From Candidatus Omnitrophota bacterium (GTDB lineage Bacteria > Omnitrophota > Gorgyraeia > Zapsychrales > Fredricksoniimonadaceae), in the NCBI GenBank assembly GCA_903908245.1, contig CAIVRE010000029.1, forward strand, positions 14,266 through 78,265: a stretch of 64,000 nucleotides of DNA, in the 5' to 3' direction. Position numbers and translations under genes: made by a program. How positions within the stretch are numbered: the stretch's first letter is position 1; every line of letters starts with the position of its first letter. Positions 1-10,881 of this stretch are shown piece after piece. The notes beneath the pieces are model-generated. The model worked only from the letters and a program-made list of their open reading frames with translations, had not been told where the DNA came from and did no database searches.

Positions 1-246
1 AACGTCATTATGAAGAAACATGTGCCTTCGCTGGCCCTGGTGGGTATTGATGAAAGCATTGACGAAAATGGCGATAGTGTTTTTGCAGCCATCCGCAAAC
101 ACGCGGTCGACATCACGCTGATCGCCTTAGGAGAGCGGGATAATGAACATGAAGCAGTGGAAGCAGTTAAGGCAGGCGCTACCGGTTATATGATAAAACC
201 GCTGGACCCTCACAATATCCTTTCCATTACGGAAAAGAACATATAA
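1..246 (+). CDS. Response-regulator receiver domain protein, 5'-truncated by the window edge
   Basis: C-terminal receiver signature 'EAVEAVKAGATGYMIKP'; the frame is open back to base 1 (aac gtc att atg). Confidence 0.7.
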   Translation, partial: NVIMKKHVPSLALVGIDESIDENGDSVFAAIRKHAVDITLIALGERDNEHEAVEAVKAGATGYMIKPLDPHNILSITEKNI

Positions 247-273
247 CCCTTCAGGTCTTGAGGTTTTTCCCTG

Positions 274-1452
274 TCAATCAATATCCTGAAGATGTTCCAG
301 AAGAGACCCCGGATAATAGAATTTCAGGATCTGCTGGTAAGAAAACTTCATTCGGGCCATATTATAAGCACCCCACTGGCACATTCCGACACCATGTCCC
401 CAGCCGTGGCCAACCAGGTCAACATAATAGCCCTTCATCTCAACATTATACATATTGCTTTTTAGGACATTGGGGCCAAGCGCGTCACGAAAATCCTTGC
501 CCTCAACGGTTAATTTCTTCCCGTCACGGTCTTCAAACTCGATCTTGCGCACACGGCCGGACTTGTTGCGTTCAATGACGCGGATATCCTTGATCAGCCC
601 GATCTTATAACCGTGTGTGTTGAGGGCCTCCTGAATATCCTTTAAACGAAAATTCCTGCGCCAGCGGTAATGCGGAGAATTGACCGAATAGGGCGACTCC
701 ACCCCACCTTTGAGTGGCGGAAGGTCAATATCCCACAATTCAGAGGCATTTTCGGTGACTCCACCGGAATTGGCATGAAAAAACGCAGGAAAGATCTTGC
801 CCTTGTATGTCAGGACTTCTCCTTTGGTATTTCGGACCGCCAGGTTCGTGCGATACCGTTCGGCAGATTTTCCGCCATAGACCTGGGAATACACATCATT
901 AGTGGCGTCATAATCGCGCGCAGAGAACTTTTCTATGGAATAAAGAGCATAGGTCCGGGTTGCCACAGCCTGGGCTTTGATAGCCTCCAACGGCCATTTA
1001 TCCGATATCTCGTGATAAAGGACGCCCCGGATATATTGTTCGATCTCGATCGAATTGACAACCGTCAGCGAGGTCCCGCCATTAATGATCACCAGCATGC
1101 CGCGAAAATGTTTGTCATTCACACGCAATGACGCATCCTGCCGGGGATCAATGACCAGCCGCTGGTTGTCATAAACAGTATCGCCGATCTTGATCTTGCC
1201 ATGATCGATCACTACTATCGTTGGCAAAAGGCGCACACCTACCGCGACTTTTTTCCCGGTGTTATAATCCAGGACCGTGTGGCGCCCGTCAACGGCCAAA
1301 GTAAAATGATCCACATCCCTCAACACCGAAACACGGATGAGCTTGGACTTGGCGGTTACATCCGAAATATCCATACAAAAGATCACCAGCAGCAGGATCA
1401 GGGCCCTGACCACATTTGTTGAACCGATGCGCGCAAACAAGGTCAAGGGCAT
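274..1452 (-). CDS. SpoIID/LytB domain protein (peptidoglycan lytic transglycosylase family)
   Basis: Motifs 'EQYIRGVLYHE', 'EAIKAQAVATRTYA', 'SQVYGG', 'GHGWGHGVGMCQWGA', 'ILKFYYPG'; N-terminal hydrophobic signal. Confidence 0.9.
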   Translation of the reverse strand: MPLTLFARIGSTNVVRALILLLVIFCMDISDVTAKSKLIRVSVLRDVDHFTLAVDGRHTVLDYNTGKKVAVGVRLLPTIVVIDHGKIKIGDTVYDNQRLVIDPRQDASLRVNDKHFRGMLVIINGGTSLTVVNSIEIEQYIRGVLYHEISDKWPLEAIKAQAVATRTYALYSIEKFSARDYDATNDVYSQVYGGKSAERYRTNLAVRNTKGEVLTYKGKIFPAFFHANSGGVTENASELWDIDLPPLKGGVESPYSVNSPHYRWRRNFRLKDIQEALNTHGYKIGLIKDIRVIERNKSGRVRKIEFEDRDGKKLTVEGKDFRDALGPNVLKSNMYNVEMKGYYVDLVGHGWGHGVGMCQWGAYNMARMKFSYQQILKFYYPGSLLEHLQDID

Positions 1453-2438
1453 AAATGCTTCCTGGTCTTTTCGGTTATTTCACGGCCCCGGGACGTGCGG
1501 CGGAGAAACCCGGTCTTTAAGAGATAAGGCTCCACCACATCCGCGATCGTATCTGCCTCTTCATTCATTGTGGCCGCCAATGCTTCAATGCCAACCGGGC
1601 CGCCGTTATAATCCTGCATGATAAGCCTTAGGATGCGACGGTCAAGATCATCAAGGCCTTCCCGGTCGATCTTGAGCGTTCCCATGGACTGTTCGACTAC
1701 CCCGACCGTTATACCGGGCTGGCTGGTCTTGACCTGGGCATAATCGCGCACCCGCCGCAGGAGGCGATTGGCAATACGCGGGGTCCCGCGAGAACGACGG
1801 GCGATCTCGAGCGCCGCGCCGCTTCCGAGATCAATGGACAATTTCTTTGCGGAATTGGCCACGATGACCGACAATTCCTCTGCAGGATAGAAATCCAGAT
1901 GATAGGACAATCCGAAACGGTCACGCAACGGAGTGGCCAAAAGACCGCTGCGTGTGGTGGCGCCTATAAGGGTAAAAGGCTTGAGGTTGAAATTGATGGT
2001 CTTGGCATAAGGACCCTTGTCCACGATAAAGTCGATCTTGTAATTTTCCATCGCAGGATAAAGGAATTCTTCGACCGTTTTGGACATGCGATGGATCTCG
2101 TCGATGAACAGGACGTCGCCTTCTCCCAGGTTCGTCAGGATCCCGATAAAATCTCCGGCACGCTCGATCGCCGGGCCGGAAGTAACGGTGATCCTTGCGT
2201 TCATTTCATGGGCGATGATATGTGCCAGCGACGTCTTGCCCAATCCGGGCGGACCGGAAAAAAGCATATGTTCCAGCGGTTCTTTACGCAGGCGCGCGGC
2301 ATCGACCGCCACGCGGATATTATCCACCAGGTCTCTTTGCCCGATAAAGTCCGCCAGCGACTGCGGGCGCAAGGAAATTCCCGCCACGCGGTCTTCGTCC
2401 GTTTCCTGATCCAGAATAATACGTTTAAGCTCTTCCAT
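1443..2438 (-). CDS. ruvB: Holliday junction branch migration ATPase RuvB
   Basis: 'LRPQSLADFIGQ', Walker A 'GPPGLGKTSLA', 'FIDEIHR', 'GATTRSG', 'RSRGTPRIANRLLRRVRD'; start moved to ATG at 2438 (MEELKR). Confidence 0.97.
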   Translation of the reverse strand: MEELKRIILDQETDEDRVAGISLRPQSLADFIGQRDLVDNIRVAVDAARLRKEPLEHMLFSGPPGLGKTSLAHIIAHEMNARITVTSGPAIERAGDFIGILTNLGEGDVLFIDEIHRMSKTVEEFLYPAMENYKIDFIVDKGPYAKTINFNLKPFTLIGATTRSGLLATPLRDRFGLSYHLDFYPAEELSVIVANSAKKLSIDLGSGAALEIARRSRGTPRIANRLLRRVRDYAQVKTSQPGITVGVVEQSMGTLKIDREGLDDLDRRILRLIMQDYNGGPVGIEALAATMNEEADTIADVVEPYLLKTGFLRRTSRGREITEKTRKHLCP

Positions 2439-3195
2439 CCGGGCTTTGCTCCACGGGGGGTTGAACAACGATAATATTATCCGAATTACGCACAAGCTCG
2501 ATCTCGGCAAACAGCCGCTTCTGGACAACAAGCACTTCCTTGACCCTGCAAAGCTCCAGGACCGCCATAAAAGTGACGATCACTTCCATTTTATCGGACG
2601 CGTTCTCAAAAAGCTCGTTTAAAAAGATCCGCGGACGGTCGACCAGCAAATGAAGGATCGTATGGACCTTGTTCTCCACCGTGTGCTCTTCCCTGACCAC
2701 CTCGTAAGTGCCCTTCTCCGGTTTATTCTGCAGGGCCACTGTCAACGCCGTAATAAGGTCGAACAGATTCGCTTCAAAGAAAACCTCTTTGGAATCATCC
2801 TTGAGTTCATCGAGCGCTTCCGGATCGATCCGCCTCGGGAAAAGATCCGAACGTTTCTCAGCACGCAGGCGAAGCTCTTCGGCCGCCTCCTTGATACGCT
2901 GGTATTCTTCCAGACGGCGTACCAGTTCCGTGCGCGGATCCTCGGGGTTCTCTTTTTCATTCGGGTCCGGCGGAAGGAGCATGCGGGACTTGATCTGCAG
3001 CAGGGTTGCCGCCATGACCAGGAATTCACCAATACCGTCAAGATCGAGCATTTTCATCATCTCGATGCATTCCAGGTACTGTTCGGTGATCTGTGTGACG
3101 GGGATATCGTAGATATTCACCTCATTCTTGCGAATGAGATACAAAAGAAGGTCCAGGGGGCCTTCGAACATATCAAGCTGAAATTTATAGTTCAT
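2425..3195 (-). CDS. scpA: Segregation and condensation protein A (kleisin)
   Basis: 'FEGPLDLLLYLI', 'ITEQYL', 'EFLVMAATLLQIKSRMLLP', C-terminal 'IVTFMAVLEL'. Confidence 0.95.
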   Translation of the reverse strand: MNYKFQLDMFEGPLDLLLYLIRKNEVNIYDIPVTQITEQYLECIEMMKMLDLDGIGEFLVMAATLLQIKSRMLLPPDPNEKENPEDPRTELVRRLEEYQRIKEAAEELRLRAEKRSDLFPRRIDPEALDELKDDSKEVFFEANLFDLITALTVALQNKPEKGTYEVVREEHTVENKVHTILHLLVDRPRIFLNELFENASDKMEVIVTFMAVLELCRVKEVLVVQKRLFAEIELVRNSDNIIVVQPPVEQSPDGRA

Positions 3196-4175
3196 GAAAA
3201 AACAGCTTTGCGGACTTCTGCCATTGTCTTGACCGCGACGTCACGGGCGCGCAAAGCGCCGTCCTTTAATACTTCGTCAAGATACGCGCGGTCCTTTGCC
3301 AGTTTGGAACGTGCTTCCCGAACAGGGCGTAAATATTCAATGATCTCATCCGCCATGATCTTTTTGCAATCCGTACAGCCCTTGTTGGCATTCACGCACC
3401 AGTCACGGACCGCATCGGCCTTGCCAGGCGCGAAAGCCTTGTAATAACTGAAAACATTGCATTCATCAGGATGCCCCGGGTCCTTGAGCCTCTGGCGTTT
3501 GGGGTCTGTGACCATGTTCCTGACCTTCACGGCGATCTCTTCCGCCGTGTCGGAGAGATTGATGGTATTCCCGTAACTTTTGGACATCTTGCGGTTATCA
3601 AGCCCCAACAGCCTGGAAGTCGGCGTCAGGATCGATGCGCAATCCTTGAAAAGTTCAACACCATACATGGAATTGAACCTGCGGGCAATTTCACGGGTAA
3701 GCTCCAGATGCGGAAGCTGGTCCTCTCCGATCGGGACTGCATCGGCTTTATACAACAGGATATCCGCGGCCTGTAGAACAGGATATCCGAGAAAAGCATA
3801 GGTTTGAAGGTCGCGGGTCGTTATTTCCCGAAGCTGTTCTTTATAAGTAGGGTTCCGCTCGAGCCATCCAAGAGGAGTGAGGCAGGAAAGGAACATCTGC
3901 AATTCCAGATGCTCCGGCACATCAGACTGAAGAAAAACGATCGACTTCCGAGGATCTATCCCGCAGGACAACCAGTCGAGCGCCATATCGTAGACATACG
4001 AACGGATATTGCGGCTGTTCTCATATTCTCCCATCAGCGCGTGCCAGTCAACAATAGAATAGACGCACTGATGCGTATCCTGGAGATGAACCCAGTTATC
4101 CAGCGCTCCGACCAGGTGCCCCAGATGAAGTTTCCCCGTCGGACGCATCCCGCTGAAAACACGCTTGGAGCTCAT
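3192..4175 (-). CDS. trpS: Tryptophan--tRNA ligase
   Basis: 'SGMRPTGKLHLGH', 'YPVLQAADIL', 'VPIGEDQLPHLELTR', KMSKS motif. Confidence 0.97.
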   Translation of the reverse strand: MSSKRVFSGMRPTGKLHLGHLVGALDNWVHLQDTHQCVYSIVDWHALMGEYENSRNIRSYVYDMALDWLSCGIDPRKSIVFLQSDVPEHLELQMFLSCLTPLGWLERNPTYKEQLREITTRDLQTYAFLGYPVLQAADILLYKADAVPIGEDQLPHLELTREIARRFNSMYGVELFKDCASILTPTSRLLGLDNRKMSKSYGNTINLSDTAEEIAVKVRNMVTDPKRQRLKDPGHPDECNVFSYYKAFAPGKADAVRDWCVNANKGCTDCKKIMADEIIEYLRPVREARSKLAKDRAYLDEVLKDGALRARDVAVKTMAEVRKAVFS

Positions 4176-6679
4176 AATTTCCTTGCTATATTCTCGATCT
4201 CGAAAGCCTCGATCATATCGCCGGGTTCGTATCCGTCATAACCACCGACCGCGATCCCGCATTCGAAACCTTCACCGACCTCCTTGACATCATCCTTGAA
4301 GCGCTTGAGCGTCACAAGCTTGCCCGTATGCACTACAACGCCGTTGCGCATGACATCGACATTCAGCTTGGTCCGCATACGGCCTTTGAGCATGAAACAG
4401 CCCGCCACAATACCCGACTTGGTAAGATTGAATACCTGCCGCACCTCAGCCCGTGCGAGAAAATGGCGCTTGGTATCAGGTTTAAGCATCCCTTCCAAAG
4501 CCCCGCGGATATCATTGACAATATCGTAGATCACATTATAACGGCGGACTTCAACAGGCGTCTTTTCCAGTTCGTCACTCGCGGTCGAGCTCGTGCCGAC
4601 ATTGAACGCGATGACAATAGCCTTGGAAACATGGGCCAGGATTATATCCGACGGATTCACCTCACCAACACCGCTATGGATGAACTTGACGGCGACTTCC
4701 TTGCTTTCGCTGGTGATCTTCTCGAGCGCTGTCCGTAACGCCCCCACAGACCCCTGGACATCACCCTTGATGATGACATTCAGTTCGCGGACTTCACCGG
4801 CTTCGCGCTTGGCGAATAATGCCTCGAGGGTGATCTTCGACGATTCCTTGAGACGGTCGGTCTTCATCTTTTCTTCGCGAACAGACGCGATCTCACGGGC
4901 GGCTTTCTCATTGTCCATAACAAAGAATTTCTCCCCTGCTTCCGGCACGCCGGGAAGCCCGAGGATCTCGACCGGCATGCAAGGGCCGGCTTCTTTCACC
5001 TGGCGCTTATGATCGTCGAACATCGCCTTGACCTTGGCGCAATAAGGCCCGACCACAACAATATCGCCCTCGCGTAGAGTCCCGTTCTGGACGATCAGGG
5101 TGGCCAAAGGCCCCTTGCCCGTACTCATATGTGCTTCAACGACGATACCTGCCGCCTTTTTGTCAGGGTTCGCTTTCAACTGCAGCATTTCCGCCTCAAG
5201 AAGGATCATTTCAAGAAGATTGTCCAGCCCTTGGTTCGTGTGCGCGGAGACCGGGCAGACAACGGTCTTGCCGCCCCATTCTTCCGGCATCAGGTCATGT
5301 TCCATCAACTGCTTCTTGACCATCTCGAGATCTGCATCTTTAAGATCAATTTTATTTAAAGCCACCACGATCGGCACTCCCGCCGCACGGGCATGATCGA
5401 TCGCCTCTTCGGTTTGAGGCATTATCCCCTCATTGGCAGCGATAACGACAACGACAATATCGGTAATATGGGCCCCGCGTGAACGCATGGCCGTAAAAGC
5501 CGCGTGGCCGGGAGTATCCATGAATGTAATGGTCCCGCGCGGAACCTGGACGGAATACGCGCGGATATGCTGGGTTATTCCGCCATGCTCCGAATCCACG
5601 ACCTTTGTCTTGCGGATGGAGTCAAGAAGCGACGTTTTACCATGGTCAACATGGCCCATAAAGGTCACTACCGGTGCGCGCGGTTTGAGCAAAGAGGGAT
5701 CTTCCTGTTCCTTGGTATGGTCTGCGATCAATTGCTCTTCCTGGGACTTGATCTCAATAAGATTAAATCCGAATTCCTGGCAGAGCTTGCGGACAATGTC
5801 TTCACCAAGGTTTTGATTAATATTGGCAAAGATGCCCATCCCCATCAGGGCTTTTAAGACCATATTGACTTTATTCTGGAATTTGAACGCCAGATCCCCT
5901 ACAGTGACCGGCAGTTTGATCTCGATATCTTTCAAAGGCCCTTCCGATTTGGCCACCGCCGCAGGGGCACCCGAAGTGGCATCGCCGGAATGACTTCCCG
6001 CATGTTCATCCACCGCAGGACGAGGTTCCATGGAAGCCGAACGGTCTTCCCTGGTAAGCCTCTTTTTTAAAGGCGAAACAGCGACAAAAGCCGGAGCGTC
6101 CGGCTGAACTTTCTTTTTTGTGACGGTCACGATCATCTTGGTGACCCTTTTGATGATCTTTCGGCCCTGCTCGTCAACGGTATGCTCTTCCGTCGTTTCA
6201 GTATGCCCGACCGGTTTTGGAGGGATGACCACTGCAGCGGGTTCAGGCTTGACGGGTTCCACGGGAACCGGCGGCACAGGGGCCTTGACAGCAGGGACCA
6301 AAGGCTCAACCGGCTTTCTTACCGGGACTTCGGAAAGCTTCCTGACAGTAACAACGACCGGCTTGTGCTTGACCGGTTCTTTGGGCGGCTCTGGTTCTTT
6401 CTTCTTGCGCACGACCTTGGGGGCTTCGCCATCCGCCGGAACTTCAACAGCCGCTTCCCGGGCGACCGTCTTTTTGACCACAGGCTTCTTGACCGTCTTT
6501 TTTTCGGGCTCCTGCTTGGGGATGATCCCCTTGCTCTCAAGCTCTCCTTTAAGAACCATCAATACCGCGGGGCTCAGGTCCTGGTCCTCCCCCTTCGCGC
6601 GAAGTTTAATGGCTTTTAACGTAGAGGTAACAACCTCTTCCGTAATATTGTACTGTTTCGCCAGATCCCTTACTAACAT
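4172..6679 (-). CDS. infB: Translation initiation factor IF-2
   Basis: G-domain '[13 protein letters not shown]', 'GGITQHI', 'DTPGHAAF', 'NKID'; Pro/Lys-rich N-terminal linker; downstream of nusA. Confidence 0.98.
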   Translation of the reverse strand: MLVRDLAKQYNITEEVVTSTLKAIKLRAKGEDQDLSPAVLMVLKGELESKGIIPKQEPEKKTVKKPVVKKTVAREAAVEVPADGEAPKVVRKKKEPEPPKEPVKHKPVVVTVRKLSEVPVRKPVEPLVPAVKAPVPPVPVEPVKPEPAAVVIPPKPVGHTETTEEHTVDEQGRKIIKRVTKMIVTVTKKKVQPDAPAFVAVSPLKKRLTREDRSASMEPRPAVDEHAGSHSGDATSGAPAAVAKSEGPLKDIEIKLPVTVGDLAFKFQNKVNMVLKALMGMGIFANINQNLGEDIVRKLCQEFGFNLIEIKSQEEQLIADHTKEQEDPSLLKPRAPVVTFMGHVDHGKTSLLDSIRKTKVVDSEHGGITQHIRAYSVQVPRGTITFMDTPGHAAFTAMRSRGAHITDIVVVVIAANEGIMPQTEEAIDHARAAGVPIVVALNKIDLKDADLEMVKKQLMEHDLMPEEWGGKTVVCPVSAHTNQGLDNLLEMILLEAEMLQLKANPDKKAAGIVVEAHMSTGKGPLATLIVQNGTLREGDIVVVGPYCAKVKAMFDDHKRQVKEAGPCMPVEILGLPGVPEAGEKFFVMDNEKAAREIASVREEKMKTDRLKESSKITLEALFAKREAGEVRELNVIIKGDVQGSVGALRTALEKITSESKEVAVKFIHSGVGEVNPSDIILAHVSKAIVIAFNVGTSSTASDELEKTPVEVRRYNVIYDIVNDIRGALEGMLKPDTKRHFLARAEVRQVFNLTKSGIVAGCFMLKGRMRTKLNVDVMRNGVVVHTGKLVTLKRFKDDVKEVGEGFECGIAVGGYDGYEPGDMIEAFEIENIARKL

Positions 6680-6757
6680 AGACCGCCTTTATGATTGAAC
6701 ATTACCCTGTGATCAAACGCGTCGAATCTTCATCCCGCAATTAAAACCTCAACGAAC

Positions 6758-7825
6758 CTACTTATCGTCACTATTGGCGATCTCATCCTTATCACCCGCC
6801 GGAGCGTCATCATCCACCACTTCCACCTGCTCCACCACTTCCTGAACATCTTCTGTTTCTTCAGAAGACTCTTTCAGATTCTCTTCCCATTGTTTAGCAG
6901 AGAAAATATCGAGTTCCCAGCCTACCAGCTTGCTGGCCAAACGCACATTCTGGCCGTAACGGCCGATGGCGATCGACAACTGGTCATCGGCGACAATAAT
7001 ATTGGCTTTTTTATCCAGGGAAAGCAACTGCATCTGGGATATCTCGGCCGGAGAAAGCGAAGCCTGAATATATTCCTTGATGTCCGAGGAATAACGGACG
7101 ATATCGATCTTCTCTCCGTGAAGTTCGGCCACGATGTTCTTGACGCGTGAACCGCGCATCCCGACGCATGCGCCGACACAATCGACCTTGTCATCCTTGG
7201 AATAGACCGAGATCTTGGTGCGCTCGCCCGCGTCGCGCGCGATCGCCTTGACCTCAATGATCCCCTCATAGATCTCGGGGACTTCAAGCTCGAACAGGCG
7301 TTTGACAAAATTCGGATGGGCCCGTGAAAGGACGATCTGGGGGCCGCGCGATTCTTTCTGAACTTCAAAAATAAGGGCTCTGACCCGGTCGCCCTGTTTA
7401 AATTCCTCTTTACCGCAAAGTTCGCTCCTGGGGATGACCGCTTCGGTCTTGCCAAGGTCAACGATCACATTCCCGCGATCAAAGCGATAGACATTGCCGC
7501 TGATGATCTGCCCGAGACGGGCGCTATATTCAACATAGACCACATCTTTTTCCGCTTCGCGGATCTTCTGGAAAACGACTTGTTTGGCTGTCTGGGCCGC
7601 GATCCGCCCGAATTCACTGGAACGGATCTCCTGTCCGTTCGCGTAGGCGATGATCTTGCCTGTTTTCAGATCGAGCTTGGCACTGACATCTTCTTCCTTC
7701 CCGACCGTCCAGACCTTCCTAGCCGCAGAGGCAACCGCCGCCTCGACCGCCTCGATCAGGACTTCTTTGGCAATGCCCTTGTCACGTTCGATCTGCTCCA
7801 GAATCCCTATCAATTCGCTTTCCAT
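6758..7825 (-). CDS. nusA: Transcription termination factor NusA
   Basis: 'FGRIAAQTAKQV', 'LFELEVPEI', 'GACVGMRGSRV', 'AIGRYGQNVRLA'. Confidence 0.97.
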   Translation of the reverse strand: MESELIGILEQIERDKGIAKEVLIEAVEAAVASAARKVWTVGKEEDVSAKLDLKTGKIIAYANGQEIRSSEFGRIAAQTAKQVVFQKIREAEKDVVYVEYSARLGQIISGNVYRFDRGNVIVDLGKTEAVIPRSELCGKEEFKQGDRVRALIFEVQKESRGPQIVLSRAHPNFVKRLFELEVPEIYEGIIEVKAIARDAGERTKISVYSKDDKVDCVGACVGMRGSRVKNIVAELHGEKIDIVRYSSDIKEYIQASLSPAEISQMQLLSLDKKANIIVADDQLSIAIGRYGQNVRLASKLVGWELDIFSAKQWEENLKESSEETEDVQEVVEQVEVVDDDAPAGDKDEIANSDDK

Positions 7826-7853
7826 ACGACTCCTTTTTAAATCCCGCGCTTAA

Positions 7854-8318
7854 TTACGAAATTATCTGCCTGGCTCTCTCTATCTTCTCGATCCCGATCA
7901 ATAACTCCCCGAACTTTGTTTCAAAAACGATCTCTGAGCCCTGAAGGCCTTTGATAACGGCGTCCATCTCTATTTTCCCATGGATCCGTTCCTTCAGGAA
8001 TAGCCGGACCCGGCGGCCGACCGCCCGGCGAAAATCAGGGACAATGGTCAAAGGCCTGTCCAGTCCCGGTGAAGAAACCTCAAGGGTATAATTATCCCCC
8101 AGTTTTAAGACCTCGTAAAGCTGATTGTCCAGGCTCCGGTTGAGCCGGGAACATTCTTCAAAACTGATCGCCCCGCCCGGCAGATCGGCCAGAAGCTCGA
8201 TACGAAGCGTTTCATTAAAATCCCTGACCGTCAGCTCAACAAGCTCGATCCCCATTCCCTCGCATAAAACCAGGGCGATCTTCCATATCTCTTCACGCAG
8301 GTCTTCGATCCGACCCAT
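7854..8318 (-). CDS. rimP: Ribosome maturation factor RimP
   Basis: 'YTLEVSSPGLDRPL' motif; canonical position upstream of nusA. Confidence 0.93.
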   Translation of the reverse strand: MGRIEDLREEIWKIALVLCEGMGIELVELTVRDFNETLRIELLADLPGGAISFEECSRLNRSLDNQLYEVLKLGDNYTLEVSSPGLDRPLTIVPDFRRAVGRRVRLFLKERIHGKIEMDAVIKGLQGSEIVFETKFGELLIGIEKIERARQIIS

Positions 8319-8326
8319 AAGAAACC

Positions 8327-9511
8327 TTATTTCTTCGTCAGTGCCACAAGCCTTTCAACCGCGTTATCCCTGGAAACGATCTCGACGGCATTGGATGCGC
8401 GGTGCTTGATCTCGACGTTTCCTTCCGTCAGACCGCGCTTGCCGATAATAATACGGAAAGGAATACCAATGAGGTCCGCGTCGTTGAACTTACGCCCGGC
8501 GCTTTCATCACGGTCGTCCATTAAAACATCAATATGACGTTTTGTCAACTCATCATAATATGAATTTGCCAAACCCATGACCTCGGGGTCATTGAGCTGA
8601 AGCGGAAGGATCTCGACCGCAAAAGGCGCCACCTCCAAAGGCCACTGGATGCCTTTGTCATCATGATGGACTTCAATAATGGTCGCGATCAAACGGCTGA
8701 CCCCGATCCCGTAACAGCCCATGATAATAGGCTGCTGCTTGCCTTTGTCATCCAGGAACAGCGCCGACAATGCTTCGGAATATTTTGTTCCCAATTGAAA
8801 AATATGCCCTACTTCAATGCACAGATGCTCCTGCCCCGATGCATCTTTGGCTTTATCTTCGCCGATAGCGGCCGGGACAAGGAATTCATGGGACAACCGC
8901 CCGCCCATCGCCCCGCTATCTGCCTCTGCTATAATGGGTTTAAGTCCACAGCGCGTAAAAATATTGCCGTAGGCAGCGTACATTGCATCATAGTTTTTCT
9001 TTAGCCCTTCCAGGCTGGTATCAAAACTGTACGCATCTTTCATGATAAATTCGCACGCGCGGACCACACCGAAGCGCGGACGTGTTTCATCTCGGAACTT
9101 CGTCTGGATCTGGTAAAGCGTAACGGGAAGCTGGCGATAAGACTGGACAAATGACCTTACCAGATCCGTAATGATCTCTTCGTGTGTTGGCCCGAGGCAC
9201 ATTGACTGGCCCTTTTTATTCTTGAAACGGATCATGACCTCCTCGAGGGTTTTGTCCCGCCCGGTCTTCTGCCAAAGGTCCATCGGCAGGATCGCCGGCA
9301 TCAAAAGCTCATGGGCACCGGCGGCATCCATTTCTTCGCGGATAATATTCTCGATCTTCTTAAGGACTTTCCATCCCAACGGCAGGTAGGAATACACTCC
9401 CGATGTCAGCATATGCACCAGACCGGACCTCAGAAGCAACTGATGACTTACTGCTTCGGTGCCCGTCGGGACTTCTTTTAATGTTGGAATGAAATATTTT
9501 GACCACCGCAT
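8327..9511 (-). CDS. proS: Proline--tRNA ligase (short form, no insertion/editing domain)
   Basis: 'LGPTHEE', 'YQIQTKFRDETRPRFG', 'EFIMKDAYSF', 'EVGHIFQLGTKYS', 'MGCYGIGVSR'. Confidence 0.96.
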   Translation of the reverse strand: MRWSKYFIPTLKEVPTGTEAVSHQLLLRSGLVHMLTSGVYSYLPLGWKVLKKIENIIREEMDAAGAHELLMPAILPMDLWQKTGRDKTLEEVMIRFKNKKGQSMCLGPTHEEIITDLVRSFVQSYRQLPVTLYQIQTKFRDETRPRFGVVRACEFIMKDAYSFDTSLEGLKKNYDAMYAAYGNIFTRCGLKPIIAEADSGAMGGRLSHEFLVPAAIGEDKAKDASGQEHLCIEVGHIFQLGTKYSEALSALFLDDKGKQQPIIMGCYGIGVSRLIATIIEVHHDDKGIQWPLEVAPFAVEILPLQLNDPEVMGLANSYYDELTKRHIDVLMDDRDESAGRKFNDADLIGIPFRIIIGKRGLTEGNVEIKHRASNAVEIVSRDNAVERLVALTKK

Positions 9512-9603
9512 GCCGGCTCCTTGTTATATCGTCTCATTACCGGGCTGACATCCTCTTCGAAGACTGGAGTAAAGTCGGCCCCACACACTGGTACGTACGT
9601 GTT

Positions 9604-10881
9604 CTATTGTAAGAATTCCTGCGGCAAACGCACATTGCGTTTGGAAAATTTATCCGCGAACGACGGCAACTTCTTGCTCATGATCCAATGGCCATGGACC
9701 TTGCCGTTCTCCTCGACCCGCTCCTGTTTGAATTTAAAGATATCCTCCAAAGAAACCTTGTCTGCTTCTTTGTCGAACCGCAGGTCTGTTATATGAACGA
9801 CCCGGCGGACCCCGTCCATGAACAGCTCACTGTACACGATCAGGTCGATCGAGGTGGCGATCTGACGGCGGATCTGATCCCCGCTCAGGCGGATCCCGGA
9901 CATCAGCATCATCGTGATCATCCGGTTAAAACACTCTTCGGGAGAATCCGCGTGCACGATAGCAAGGGTCCCGGAATGCCCGGAACTAATGGACTGGATC
10001 ATGTCCAGGATCTCTTCCCCGCGAACTTCACCGACGATAATACGGTCCGGACGCATACGAAGCGAATTAACGAACAGGTCCCGGATCGAGACCGACCCTT
10101 TGCCTTCCACATTCGCCGTCTTGGACTGGAGGCCGACCACATGCTCCTGAAGCAAACGAAGCTCGGAAGTGTCCTCAATGGTAATGATCCGCTCATCATC
10201 GGGGATGTGCCTGGAAAGGACATTTAATACCGTTGTTTTTCCCGACCCCGTCGCCCCGCAAAAGACAATATTCAGTTTGGCTTTGACCGCCGCGATCAGG
10301 AACATCGCCATCGCGCGGTTCAATGTCCCGAGCTCGACAAGATTCTCGATCGTGGAAATATCCCTGGAGAATTTTCTTATTGTCATGACCGGCCCGACCA
10401 TGGAACAGGGAGGCAAAAGGACATTGACCCGGGAGCCGTCTGTTAAAGAAAAATCCACATAAGGCGAAGATTCATCGACACGGCGCGAGGTCCCGGAAGC
10501 CGCCATAAGCTTCTGCACGGTATGCATCAGATGGGCATTATCATCGAATTTGATACCGGTAAGGAACATCTTCCCCGACTTCTGCGCGTAAACCTGACGA
10601 TAGCCGTTGATCATGATCTCCGTGACATCCTTGTCTTCAAGCAAAGGGCGGATAGGCCCAAGGCTCATCACGGAACTGGCGATCTCCCGGATCAGCTTTG
10701 CGCGGTCATCGAACTTGATGGGGATATCGCTCTCGGTGCTCAGCGCCGTGATCACACGATCAACATACATGCGCATCTGGTCGTCGTTGAGAGTGTCTTT
10801 GACCTTAATAAAGTCGGTCTTCGATATCAAATACCGATGGAGCCTTGCTTTTATATCATCATAATCGGTCTCTACAGGCAC
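9604..10881 (-). CDS. cpaF: CpaF/TadA family pilus assembly ATPase
   Basis: 'EIMING', 'RRVDESSPYVD', Walker A 'GATGSGKTT', 'TIEDTSEL', 'LRMRPDRIIVGEVRG', His box; GTG start at 10881 preceded by GAGGAGG. Confidence 0.9.
   Translation of the reverse strand: MPVETDYDDIKARLHRYLISKTDFIKVKDTLNDDQMRMYVDRVITALSTESDIPIKFDDRAKLIREIASSVMSLGPIRPLLEDKDVTEIMINGYRQVYAQKSGKMFLTGIKFDDNAHLMHTVQKLMAASGTSRRVDESSPYVDFSLTDGSRVNVLLPPCSMVGPVMTIRKFSRDISTIENLVELGTLNRAMAMFLIAAVKAKLNIVFCGATGSGKTTVLNVLSRHIPDDERIITIEDTSELRLLQEHVVGLQSKTANVEGKGSVSIRDLFVNSLRMRPDRIIVGEVRGEEILDMIQSISSGHSGTLAIVHADSPEECFNRMITMMLMSGIRLSGDQIRRQIATSIDLIVYSELFMDGVRRVVHITDLRFDKEADKVSLEDIFKFKQERVEENGKVHGHWIMSKKLPSFADKFSKRNVRLPQEFLQ

Noticed and set aside
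6100-6540. Low-complexity Pro/Lys/Val repeats
   Set aside because: This is the normal variable N-terminal linker of IF-2, not a DNA repeat array.
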